A stretch of DNA of 64,000 nt from Chlamydiota bacterium (lineage in GTDB: Bacteria > Chlamydiota > Chlamydiia > Chlamydiales > JAAZZY01), in contig JAJACU010000039.1 of NCBI GenBank assembly GCA_022601345.1, positions 25,741-89,740 on the forward strand, given 5' to 3'. Each line of letters begins with the position of its first letter. Positions within the stretch are counted from its first letter, which is position 1. The notes under the pieces were generated by a model. That model did not search any database and was not told the DNA's origin. It saw only the letters and a list, made by a program, of their open reading frames with translations. Position numbers and translations under genes: made by a program. Of this stretch, positions 37,472 to 47,019 are shown piece after piece.

Positions 37472-39544
37472 TTAATTATCATCAAATCTTTCTTTGACAG
37501 GGCTCGATTGCACAAAATCATGGAAAGGCTCATATGAGCGCAATGCTTCTAGTGCGGGCTCATACATAAGCTCTTCAACATCTGGAAGGCTGTTTTTCGA
37601 TTGTGCCATTTGCAAGAAGTGCAAGGCCTCCATTGGATTTTTTTTCATTGAGTGCAAACAACCCATTTGAAAGTAAGACTCTTCCTCTCCCAGCGCCATC
37701 GCCTGACGAAGTTTCTTTTCAGAGTCTTCCAAAAGTGCTTCATAAAAATCTTGCTTAAGATCTTCATTAATTAACTGAGCATATTGCATTAGGGTTGTAG
37801 CCCACCTAAGCCATATTAAGCCGTCTTCGGGATCATCTTGTGCCGCTAAATGAAAATTTTCAAGCGCTCTGCAGTAGTAATCCACATCAGAATCCATTTC
37901 AGCTAAGTGTTGATAAACAAGAGCTAGGTTATAGTGTACACACTCGTAACCTGAATAATTTTTTATAAGCAGTTCTAAAATCTCAGCAGATTTTTGATAA
38001 TCACTTGGATCATCGGTATAGTTGCCTAAAAAGTCGAGAGCACAGCCATAGTTAAATAAAAGTAAAGCTGGCGGTTTTAAGCCTTTATAAAATGATAATG
38101 AACGCTCAAATTTCTCTACAGCCTGCCTAATATTTTCAGATTCATCAAGAAGCTGCGCTAGACGCAAGTGTACCATTCCCCACTGGTTCCAAAGATCAGC
38201 AAAATTTTCGCCGCCATTAGAGGCTTTTCTAAAATATTTGTGAGCAGATAAATAGTGTTCTTCATCTTGATGCAGGTTGCCCAGTGCAAGCTCAGTTATT
38301 CCCAAGCCAAAGAGCGAATGAAAGTGATTAGGCTCTATTTCTAAAGCTCTCTTATAATTTTCGATGGCCATCAAGTAATAACTAGAGTCATCAAAATATT
38401 GCCCATGCATATGGTAGCAATAGCCTTTACAATAAAAAATTGAAGAGCTGTTGTTTTGCAGGCTTTGAGCCTCTTCTATTTTTTGTTCAGATAACTTTAA
38501 ATGTTCTAAATTAGCATTAATATTACCAAGAGTTGCGTAAGCCTCACTTAAACCGGCTAAAGCTACAAAGCTTTTCGAATCCATCTCCAAAGATTTATCA
38601 AATTTCATAATCGCCATTTGAAGGTGCTTTACATCTTCTTTTGCTACGCCCGACTGTAAAAATAACTGCCCCCAGTTAACCCATAGCTCTAAATTTTCTC
38701 TTTCAAGATCAGCTGCCTTTGAGTAAGCCGTGTGAGCTTGTGATAAAAAGTCTTCTTTATTTGTTAATTGATAGAGCTTGTGAAAAGTATTTGCTGTTGA
38801 AAGCCACCCTTTATAATAGGTAGGCTTAATTTGAAGAGCCTTTTGATAACATCCAAGAGCTTTTTGTAAAAAACGTTCATCTGAAATTAGGAGTCCCATT
38901 GCTACATAAGCATTTCCAAAATCTCTCCAGAAATTTTCTCTATCTAAGTCAATTTTAGCAGCCTGGTCAAAAAGATCTATTGACCTTTTGATGTCAACGG
39001 CTTCTCCTGAATGCTTGCCTAGATAGTAAGAACAAAGCGCCCAGTCCCACATAAATTTCTTAAGATATTTTGGGTTATTTTGAGAAAGATCGTATGCTTT
39101 TTGATATTTTTCGTCTGCTGAATGAAAGTGACAAGAGTCAGAATTCATTAAGCCAAGGTGCACTAAAATGTCTCCGCAAATTGCCCAGGCGTCAATACCT
39201 TGATTTTCTAACTTTAGAGCTTGCTCCACATATTTTAGAGCGAGTTGAAGATATTTTTCATTAGATTTATGAACTCCATAATCAAATAAGAACACGCCAA
39301 GCTTAAAGTGCATCGTTGCACTTTGTGGCGCAATCCTTCTTACAAGATCAAAGGCGTTAAAAGCAAAGTCTTGCCCCCCAATAATTAGCTTTTTTGCTTC
39401 TTCTAAAACCTGCGATGCTAAGTTTTCTTTTTCTTGAGTGTTAAAAGAATCCCAACAAGAAGAAATAGACGAAATCGGTTTGGACTCCTTGAGCTGCCTC
39501 AAAAGATCTAATGCTAAAATCTGTGTTGTTTTGGACTCTTTCAT
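37472..39544 (-). CDS. large tetratricopeptide-repeat (TPR) protein
   Basis: 690 aa made of many 34-aa-like repeats (xxAxxxYxxALxxxP patterns, e.g. ALGCYQKALQIKP, AIENYKRALEIEP). Lies immediately downstream of the 580-aa orphan. Confidence 0.8.
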   Translation of the reverse strand: MKESKTTQILALDLLRQLKESKPISSISSCWDSFNTQEKENLASQVLEEAKKLIIGGQDFAFNAFDLVRRIAPQSATMHFKLGVFLFDYGVHKSNEKYLQLALKYVEQALKLENQGIDAWAICGDILVHLGLMNSDSCHFHSADEKYQKAYDLSQNNPKYLKKFMWDWALCSYYLGKHSGEAVDIKRSIDLFDQAAKIDLDRENFWRDFGNAYVAMGLLISDERFLQKALGCYQKALQIKPTYYKGWLSTANTFHKLYQLTNKEDFLSQAHTAYSKAADLERENLELWVNWGQLFLQSGVAKEDVKHLQMAIMKFDKSLEMDSKSFVALAGLSEAYATLGNINANLEHLKLSEQKIEEAQSLQNNSSSIFYCKGYCYHMHGQYFDDSSYYLMAIENYKRALEIEPNHFHSLFGLGITELALGNLHQDEEHYLSAHKYFRKASNGGENFADLWNQWGMVHLRLAQLLDESENIRQAVEKFERSLSFYKGLKPPALLLFNYGCALDFLGNYTDDPSDYQKSAEILELLIKNYSGYECVHYNLALVYQHLAEMDSDVDYYCRALENFHLAAQDDPEDGLIWLRWATTLMQYAQLINEDLKQDFYEALLEDSEKKLRQAMALGEEESYFQMGCLHSMKKNPMEALHFLQMAQSKNSLPDVEELMYEPALEALRSYEPFHDFVQSSPVKERFDDN

Positions 39545-39688
39545 AGTTTCTCAGTATAGTTTTTATTTCGTTTTACTCAAAACTTTTTTAGCACAATCAA
39601 AAAAAGTTAAAAAGAGCGTCACAAACCTATCTTATAAATAGATCATATAGTCAAGTCCATTTTTGCTTTTAAATAAACAGCCTGCTTA

Positions 39689-41431
39689 CTAAGAAGTTTC
39701 CTCTACAACTTCTTCACTACTTTCTTGAGCTTGCATCATTTGCTGCATTAACTGTTCTTGCATCAATTTCAATTGGTAGTAAATATTTTGTAGCTTAGCT
39801 TCATTAACTAGCACAGCATTTGCCTCTTCAATAATTGCATTAGGCTCTAGAGCACTCAAAGAGAACTCAACACGTGGAAATTTAACATCAGATGGTTTTT
39901 TATCTGTATGCGCGGCTATCACCTGAGTTAAAAATGCTTTGTCTTCTTCAGAAGATCTTGACCCAAGCTGGCCCAAAAGGTGCGAAACAAGTGATGCATA
40001 TTTATCTCCATCTTTAGAAACTTGTCCAAGCTCTGGACGCGCTGGATTAATGATGCAATGTTTGAGGTATGTTTGCATAAAGAGTTTGGGTTTGAATTCT
40101 TCACTAACAAACTTCTCAAGTTCGGCTAGTTTATTCCCTTGCACCAGCTCTGCGTATTTCAGTGCATCTTTTTTTATCTCTTCATCGAGCATAACAAGCT
40201 TTGCTATTACCGGGCGAGCTGCCAATTCAGGAGCTTGTGGGTTGCGACTTTTTAAAGGTTCAAAGAGGTGCGCTATTTGAATAAAATTCTCAACGCCCAT
40301 GACTTCAGCAACCACTTGTTGATATTCTTCTCGACTGATATTTCCGAGTCTTTCATAAGTTCCTGAGTGCTTTTCAGCGTCTTTGTAGCCTTCTAACTCC
40401 TTATTTAGCCCTTGAAAGGCTTGTCCCACGACCTTCATCAGAGCCACCTGCTGTCCAAGCATAAGTCCTAAAGGCAAAATATATAAAAGAGGAGTTGCTG
40501 CAAAAGTAGAAGCTACCCCACTTATAAATGAGGTTCCAGTTGATGCTGAAGCAATGGCCGGCCCAATCCAATCAACAATTGTTGATAGGCCTGGGAACTT
40601 CTCGTAACCAATCAATCCACTAGCACCTGCAAGCAAGCCATAGGCTGCGGCACCAACTTTTATAGTTGAAAAAGCTTTTTGCCCAAGCCAAGATAGTTGA
40701 CTTTGAGGTTCTGATTGTTTTGAGGCTCCAGATGATAAGTAAGTTAGCGCGCCTCCCCCAGCTAGAGCTAAGCTAACTGCTGTAGTTGACCCTAAAACTC
40801 CAAGACAACTTGCTGTGGCGTAGCCTGCTAACCCTATTTTAGCAACTGTGGCTACCTTATCTGCAGCCCACGAAAGAGCTCCTTTTTGTTCTGAATCACC
40901 AAAGACTAAATGTTCTATATTACTTTTCAAAAAATATGCTGATGCAGCCGCTCCACCTACTCCTGCTAATCCAGGAACCCCATATTTTATAGATAGGTTT
41001 AGAAATGATCCCAAAGCAGCAAAACTTGGACCTAAGGCTTTAAGCTGCAAAGCAGAAGGACCTACTGAAGCTTTTAGAACGTTGAATAAGTGCTTGTATG
41101 CTTCAAAAGTTTCATCAAAGATTGGATTAGCGTTTACACCATGATCTATTAAATTTAATTGAGGAGCCTCACCTTTTGGAGCATCATCTTGTACAAAATC
41201 GTGCCTTGCATCTTCTGTCCCTGGCGCAGGAGGATCTAACCTCTTGTCATCAGCCTCTAGTTGCTTTAAAAAGGCTTGTACTTCTTCCAATTCAGTGCGA
41301 GAATCAGTTGCAGCGAGAGTCTCTGTAGGGTCAAGTTCAACTTCTTTTGCAGATTGCTGCATTTCTTTCTGAGCATGTAAGTCAGCTTGGGGTAGTCGTG
41401 TCGTTGAGTCAATTGGTGCTAAAAATGACAT
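39689..41431 (-). CDS. hypothetical membrane-interacting protein with a repeated Gly/Ala-rich hydrophobic core
   Basis: The track start is 41449. ATG 41431 follows AGGAGA. Acidic N-terminus, a long hydrophobic G/A-rich region (track aa 125-345) containing a repeated motif (ALSWAADKVATVAKIGLAGY / QLSWLGQKAFSTIKVGAAAY), and a coiled-coil-like Gln/Glu-rich C-terminus. Confidence 0.65.
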   Translation of the reverse strand: MSFLAPIDSTTRLPQADLHAQKEMQQSAKEVELDPTETLAATDSRTELEEVQAFLKQLEADDKRLDPPAPGTEDARHDFVQDDAPKGEAPQLNLIDHGVNANPIFDETFEAYKHLFNVLKASVGPSALQLKALGPSFAALGSFLNLSIKYGVPGLAGVGGAAASAYFLKSNIEHLVFGDSEQKGALSWAADKVATVAKIGLAGYATASCLGVLGSTTAVSLALAGGGALTYLSSGASKQSEPQSQLSWLGQKAFSTIKVGAAAYGLLAGASGLIGYEKFPGLSTIVDWIGPAIASASTGTSFISGVASTFAATPLLYILPLGLMLGQQVALMKVVGQAFQGLNKELEGYKDAEKHSGTYERLGNISREEYQQVVAEVMGVENFIQIAHLFEPLKSRNPQAPELAARPVIAKLVMLDEEIKKDALKYAELVQGNKLAELEKFVSEEFKPKLFMQTYLKHCIINPARPELGQVSKDGDKYASLVSHLLGQLGSRSSEEDKAFLTQVIAAHTDKKPSDVKFPRVEFSLSALEPNAIIEEANAVLVNEAKLQNIYYQLKLMQEQLMQQMMQAQESSEEVVEETS

Positions 41432-41625
41432 ATGTTCTCCTAATTGCATATTTTTAATCCTTGAATGTAATAGTCATTATCCCAAATTCGTGTTAATTTT
41501 GTATAAAGAAACTACCTTATTTTTTATTAAAATAATTTTTTAACAACATAATATGAATAATTTATAAAATCTTAATCTAAAATTCATATAATAAGTTAAA
41601 CGATAAAAATTCAGGACCACAAAAT

Positions 41626-43275
41626 ATGCCTATTTCAACTCAAAAAGTAGTTCAAGAAGCTCCACAAACCGACCAACCTACAGAAGCATGGACTTATTTT
41701 AAAACTGCTAAAAATTCTGCAGCTCTTTTAGCTGGAGCAGCTCTTTCAGCAAGCGCATACTTAGGCTATAGCTATGCTTCGAATATCAAGGATAATTTTG
41801 AAGCTTTATCGCAGTATATTAGAGAATCTGGGGCCTACAAAGCTACAGTAGATGCTGGTGGATATTCTGCCCATTTTGGTAGAAGATTAAAAAATGCAGA
41901 AGAGAGTGGTTTGCTCTACCAGGCTGTTCCTGTTGCTGTAGGTACATATTTTGGATTTCTTGGAGTACAAAAACTCATTGAAGGGATTTTTGGATATGAC
42001 TCAGTAAAAATGAGAAAAGAGTTTATCGATAGAGCCTATAGCGGAGTGCATAATAAGCAAGTTCTCTCTACTTCAGAAAGAATTTCTTACTTATCTCGAG
42101 CTACTTTTGGGTCTATTAATTCAGGATCAAGAGCCTATGTTTTTGTAGAAGGCGCAGCAAGACTTCTTATTGCAGCAGCTCTTATATACCCTATCTTTTT
42201 GAAAGATCATTCTGAAACACCAGATACTGATGAGATTAAATTTAATAACATGCAAATGCGACAAGCGCAACATGAAGCTAATGTAGGTGGTTATTCAAGA
42301 GCACAAACACTAAGAACTTCCAAAGATCTATTTTACGGCGGCCTTTCCCAACCTTGGGAGCAATCAATTAGTAAGGGGTCAATAGATGCCAATGCACAAA
42401 AATTTGCTAGCGATATCTTAGATGCTCCAACAGGAGTTCCAACTTTTAGCGACAGCCTCAAATCAGGATTGAAAAGCTCATGCGACTGGACCTTAGGATT
42501 TACACAGTTTGCTGACCAGTGCGAGATACTAACCCCACCAAAGCCAGAAAAACTTTTTTCTACAAATGCTGATGGAACAACTCTAATAGATAAAGCTGTT
42601 CTAGAAAAAACGTGCAGGGCAACTCAAGAGTTTATTGCATCAGACCCAAGCATTGACTCATTTAGTACACAAGTTAGAAGACAACTAGATTCTGTTTGTT
42701 CATATATCAACTCTACGAGCTGCCAAGCCTTTAAAGAGTGGGCCCTTCCAGGTAATGGAACTGAGCCTCGTAAAGAGCTTGCAACTCTTACAAAAAGAGT
42801 CTGCGACGTTTTAGAGACTCGCGCAAGATATCAAAGTCTATTTACCTATAAACCCTTTACCAGTGAAGTCTCAACTAGCTATCGTTTGGGGCAAATGCTT
42901 AAAACATCAGGACTACTAGAAGCGATAACAAGAAGACCTGAGCATGCTAGAACAAGCTATGAATCACCTTTAATTTCATTTTGTGATAGCAATCCCGAAA
43001 GCTATAAAAACCTCGTAAGAGGTTTTTATAGCGCTAGCGAAAGTGAGTTAACATCTGCAAAAGCAATAAAGGGAGTCACTCGAAAATTTGCTCTAGACTT
43101 TCACCCAGATAAATTTAGAGGAAATAAAGAGATTGCAACTGAAATTTTCAGAGCTGGGGAAATTTTGAGAGATTCATTAACAAGATGCTCTATTCATGCC
43201 GGTCATGCCAGTCAGTTTTTTACGCTCACTGAACTTGCAGATCAAGTTGCAAACTATTTCAAGTATGAAGGCTAA
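41626..43275 (+). CDS. hypothetical membrane protein with a C-terminal J-domain (DnaJ-like, HPD motif)
   Basis: Three N-terminal hydrophobic segments, a Cys-rich middle region and a C-terminal KAIKGVTRKFALDFHPDKFRGNKEIATEIFRAGEILRDSL. The HPD codons are at 43102..43110. Confidence 0.7.
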   Translation: MPISTQKVVQEAPQTDQPTEAWTYFKTAKNSAALLAGAALSASAYLGYSYASNIKDNFEALSQYIRESGAYKATVDAGGYSAHFGRRLKNAEESGLLYQAVPVAVGTYFGFLGVQKLIEGIFGYDSVKMRKEFIDRAYSGVHNKQVLSTSERISYLSRATFGSINSGSRAYVFVEGAARLLIAAALIYPIFLKDHSETPDTDEIKFNNMQMRQAQHEANVGGYSRAQTLRTSKDLFYGGLSQPWEQSISKGSIDANAQKFASDILDAPTGVPTFSDSLKSGLKSSCDWTLGFTQFADQCEILTPPKPEKLFSTNADGTTLIDKAVLEKTCRATQEFIASDPSIDSFSTQVRRQLDSVCSYINSTSCQAFKEWALPGNGTEPRKELATLTKRVCDVLETRARYQSLFTYKPFTSEVSTSYRLGQMLKTSGLLEAITRRPEHARTSYESPLISFCDSNPESYKNLVRGFYSASESELTSAKAIKGVTRKFALDFHPDKFRGNKEIATEIFRAGEILRDSLTRCSIHAGHASQFFTLTELADQVANYFKYEG

Positions 43276-43298
43276 GAAGCCTGAGTCTAGTGATATTG

Positions 43299-44621
43299 CT
43301 AGGATGCGACTAAATTTTTCAATGAATCAGAAGACACGAGTTCATCATCAGATATATTAAAAATGATTTTAGGAGCGTGCTTTTCGCAGAATTTCTGAAG
43401 GTTATCAACTTTCCTTATAATAAAATCAATTTCATTAAAAGATGCAAGAAGCTCTATTAGAGCTTCATCTTGATTGTCATTTTCTAAGTACAGCACGACT
43501 TTACAGTCAGGATAATCTTGCTTTATCTTTTTAATATGGGTGAAAAGACTTGGAGATAGTGTGTTTTTAAATGAAGCTTTTAAAAGAACAAAATCTTCAT
43601 GATCCAAAATAAATTGTAAGACTTGCAGATAACTTTGAGAAAAGACTTTATTATCTAAATGTTGATTTAGAATTAGCTCTGCCAAGGTCTTTATAGAAAT
43701 TCGAGCGCAACCTAAATGTTCTATCACTTCTGCAGCCGCTAAGTTGCATAGTACTACAGCTTGATCAACTGAGACCCCATTTGACAGAGCAAAAGTAAGC
43801 ACAGCAAGTACTGTATCACCGGCTCCTGTCACATCAGTAACCTCTTTAACTTTTACAGGAAAGTCTTCTCGTTTGTTACCTCGAAAAAGTGAAATTCCAT
43901 TTGATGATCTTGTAACCATAATATTTTCTATTTGGGTACTCTGCAAAATTTTATTAGCTGCAAGATCAAGTGGCACAGATTCATCATAGCCGCTGGCTAA
44001 GTAAGCTTCATGTGAATTGGGTTTAATTAAATAGGCACCTTTATATTTTTCAAAATCAGCCCCTTTAGGATCTACTATTACTGGAATATCCATTTCATTG
44101 GATTTTTCTATTAAACATTTAAGTAAGTTATCAGTAAGAAAACCCTTCGCATAGTCTGATATTGCAACAACAGAAATAGATTTTAAAATCTTTGGAAGGT
44201 CTGCAATAATTTCTTTTTCTAGAGAGCTCGATAAATTATCTTTTTCCTCAAAATCAACCCGTACAATTTGTTGATTTCCCGCAATAACCCTATTTTTTAT
44301 TGGTGTGTTGTAGCCCTTTTGAATATATAAGTAGTTTGTTTGAGCCTTCTCAGCTTTAAGGCTGTCTAACAGTTGATCTTTGACATCGTCATCCCCAAGC
44401 CTTCCTAGTGCAGTTACATTAGCCCCCAAAGAAATTAAATTAAGTACGACATTACCAGCACCGCCCGGGAGCTTCTGAACACTTTTAGCATTTACTACAA
44501 TAACAGGAGCTTCAGGAGAAACCCGTCTAACTGTTCCAATCGTGTAGGAATCCATCATGAAATCCCCAACAACTAAAACGTTCTGCTTTTTAAAACGACT
44601 AAAGAGGGCTGATAAGCTCAT
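43299..44621 (-). CDS. hldE: D-glycero-beta-D-manno-heptose-7-phosphate kinase (HldE/RfaE domain I) with a degenerate domain II
   Basis: Ribokinase-like domain: VLVVGDFMMDSY, SPEAPV, PGGAGNV, DVTGAGDT. The C-terminal 120 aa or so align by eye to the adenylyltransferase domain but lack HxGH (ASFKNTLSPSL in place of [11 protein letters not shown]). Confidence 0.78.
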   Translation of the reverse strand: MSLSALFSRFKKQNVLVVGDFMMDSYTIGTVRRVSPEAPVIVVNAKSVQKLPGGAGNVVLNLISLGANVTALGRLGDDDVKDQLLDSLKAEKAQTNYLYIQKGYNTPIKNRVIAGNQQIVRVDFEEKDNLSSSLEKEIIADLPKILKSISVVAISDYAKGFLTDNLLKCLIEKSNEMDIPVIVDPKGADFEKYKGAYLIKPNSHEAYLASGYDESVPLDLAANKILQSTQIENIMVTRSSNGISLFRGNKREDFPVKVKEVTDVTGAGDTVLAVLTFALSNGVSVDQAVVLCNLAAAEVIEHLGCARISIKTLAELILNQHLDNKVFSQSYLQVLQFILDHEDFVLLKASFKNTLSPSLFTHIKKIKQDYPDCKVVLYLENDNQDEALIELLASFNEIDFIIRKVDNLQKFCEKHAPKIIFNISDDELVSSDSLKNLVAS

Positions 44622-44625
44622 AAAC

Positions 44626-45615
44626 CTAATATACTTTTTGTGGTATCAAGTGGTTGTTTATATAATCTCCAATAGCCTCATGTAAAGGAGTAAATTTCAA
44701 TTTCGATAATTTCTTCTCAAGTTTACTCATTTCTGCTCGAGTGTAGTTTTGATACTTACCGTGAAGGTCTTCTGGCATACTGCGGTATTCAATATTTGGG
44801 GCTTTGCCGATTGCACTAAACATTCCATTTGCTACACTATTCCAAGTATTAGCAACACCACTGCCTAAGTTATATATTCCGTAGATATCATCTGTAAGAA
44901 TCTGCATGACCACGTCAGCTGCATCTTTGACATAAATAAAGTCTCGGCATTGTTCTCCATCACCAAAATTTGCGGGATCATTCGATTTAAATAAACGGAT
45001 AATATTTTCAGTACGCACCTGTGGAAGAAGGTTATAAATAACAGATGCCATTCTTTCTTTATGGTGTTCGTTTGGTCCAAATACGTTAAAAAACTTTAAT
45101 CCAGTAATTTCATTGAGCACGCCTTGGTCTTTTGCCCATAAATCAAAAAGATGCTTGGAGAAGCCATATGCATTTAAAGGTTGAAGTTCTTCAAGTTGGT
45201 CTTCATTGTCTTCAAAGCCATATCGACCATCACCATAGGTAGCAGCAGACGAGGCATAGACAAAGCGGATATCATGGTTGAGTGCATATTCAGCAAGTTT
45301 AACAGTGTATCTGTAGTTGTTCTCCATTAAAAAATCTACATTTTTTTCTACGGTACTTGAGCAGGCGCCCATATGAATAATGGCTTCTATTTCAGTGTGT
45401 TTACCTGGCTGGTTCAACCACTCAAAAAGTTGATCTTTATGAAGGTATTCTAATAGTTTTTTTCCTACTAAATTTTTCCATTTAGGACTCTCGCCCATTT
45501 CATCGACCACGACAACGTTATTAATGTTGCAATCATTGAGTTTTTTTAAGATGCATGAGCCGATAAAACCTGCTCCACCCGTTAAAATCACTAGGCGATC
45601 ATCATGTAATTGCAT
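44626..45615 (-). CDS. hldD: ADP-L-glycero-D-manno-heptose 6-epimerase
   Basis: LTGGAGFIGS, HMGACSST, ASSAATYG, YGFSK. Collinear with E. coli RfaD as I recall it. Confidence 0.88.
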   Translation of the reverse strand: MQLHDDRLVILTGGAGFIGSCILKKLNDCNINNVVVVDEMGESPKWKNLVGKKLLEYLHKDQLFEWLNQPGKHTEIEAIIHMGACSSTVEKNVDFLMENNYRYTVKLAEYALNHDIRFVYASSAATYGDGRYGFEDNEDQLEELQPLNAYGFSKHLFDLWAKDQGVLNEITGLKFFNVFGPNEHHKERMASVIYNLLPQVRTENIIRLFKSNDPANFGDGEQCRDFIYVKDAADVVMQILTDDIYGIYNLGSGVANTWNSVANGMFSAIGKAPNIEYRSMPEDLHGKYQNYTRAEMSKLEKKLSKLKFTPLHEAIGDYINNHLIPQKVY

Positions 45616-46453
45616 TATGAGTTCCTTGATACCATTTAGTATGAGTTCTACTTATATACTGAATGGGAAAAATTTGAACAGGATTTTCGAACTTAGGTTT
45701 ATGATTTCCAATGCAAACATATGCGCTTCCTGAACCCGTCATAAAAACTTGTTTAAAGCCTTGGTATTCTAGTTCGTCTTTTAATAGAGCAAGCCTTGGG
45801 CATATCATGAAGGCTGCTTCTTCAAGATCATTTTCTAGTACTGGTTTTCTAGAATAGACTTTGTCTAGCAAAATTTGCAGACTATCAGATATTTTTGACT
45901 CTTTTTTAGAGTACAAATACACTTCTTTTGTTGAAAGAGAGTAAGGGGGTTTTACAATCCAAATATTGCTATTAACGTTAGGTGTTTTGACATCAGATAT
46001 GATCTCACCTCTGCCCTCACAGATAGCACTGCCATTGGAGAAAAAAAATGGAGCATCAGAGCTAATTTCCTTTGACCACTCTTGGAGTTGAGCTATATCA
46101 ATAGCTGAGTTGCATAACTGATTTAATCCCCATAAAGTGGTTGCAACATTACTGCTACCTCCTCCTAGTCCTGCTTCTTTGGGAATTTTTTTATCGAGTA
46201 CAATTCTAACGGGTGAAAAATTGTTTGTTTTGTTGCGAAATAGCTGGAGCGCTTGATAAATAAAGTTATCATTATCAAACCTTAAAGTCGCATCATTTGA
46301 AATAAACTCGTCTTTTGACGAAAGTGAAAAGGTTAGTTCATCACCTAAATTAATGGCCTGAAAAAAGGACTCAAGATTGTGAAATCCATCCTTTCTCAGG
46401 CCAATCATTTTAAAAAACAAGTTTATTTTCGCAGGTGAAAATAAACTTATCAT
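45602..46453 (-). CDS. ispE: 4-diphosphocytidyl-2-C-methyl-D-erythritol kinase
   Basis: SPAKINLFFK...RKDGFH, and the GHMP motif KIPKEAGLGGGSSNVAT. Confidence 0.88.
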   Translation of the reverse strand: MISLFSPAKINLFFKMIGLRKDGFHNLESFFQAINLGDELTFSLSSKDEFISNDATLRFDNDNFIYQALQLFRNKTNNFSPVRIVLDKKIPKEAGLGGGSSNVATTLWGLNQLCNSAIDIAQLQEWSKEISSDAPFFFSNGSAICEGRGEIISDVKTPNVNSNIWIVKPPYSLSTKEVYLYSKKESKISDSLQILLDKVYSRKPVLENDLEEAAFMICPRLALLKDELEYQGFKQVFMTGSGSAYVCIGNHKPKFENPVQIFPIQYISRTHTKWYQGTHNAIT

Positions 46454-47005
46454 TTAACCTTCTTTAGACTCTTCTTCAGGCTGTTCAAGATCTTCTTCTG
46501 GTTTTTCTGCCAGCTTATCTCTTTTTTGTTTAGCAGCCATCGCAAGTCCACTTTCTTCATCTGGCTCAATTTTAAGATTAAAATGAGCTTCAATGCCCTC
46601 TCTCAGCTTAAGATTGATGGTAAAAGTACCAACCTTCTTAATTGAGTGGTCAATAGAAACCATTCTTCTTTCAATTGAGATGCCATTTTGAGAGAGTAGC
46701 TCCACAATATGTTTAGCTGTAACTGAGCCATACATATGTCCATCTGGATCTACTTTCACTTCTTGAGTAATCACTAAGTGTTCAAGTTTTTCACGCATAG
46801 CTTCAGCATCTTTTTTATCTTCGATGGATTGCTTTGCGCGCTCTTCTTTAAGACGAGCTTGAATTTTAATGACACTGCGATCGGCAACCAGAGCCTTTTG
46901 TTGAGGCACTAAAAAGTTTCTGGCAAAACCAGCTTTAACTTTAACTAAGTCTCCTTTGCGCCCAACATTGGCAATATCTTCTAAAAGCAGTAGTTGATTT
47001 TTCAT
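46454..47005 (-). CDS. rplI: 50S ribosomal protein L9 (with an acidic C-terminal extension)
   Basis: LLLLEDIANVGRKGDLVKVKAGFARNFLVPQ. 183 aa, with about 35 extra Glu/Lys-rich residues at the C-terminus. Confidence 0.92.
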   Translation of the reverse strand: MKNQLLLLEDIANVGRKGDLVKVKAGFARNFLVPQQKALVADRSVIKIQARLKEERAKQSIEDKKDAEAMREKLEHLVITQEVKVDPDGHMYGSVTAKHIVELLSQNGISIERRMVSIDHSIKKVGTFTINLKLREGIEAHFNLKIEPDEESGLAMAAKQKRDKLAEKPEEDLEQPEEESKEG

Positions 47006-47019
47006 TTTTATCCTTTCTT

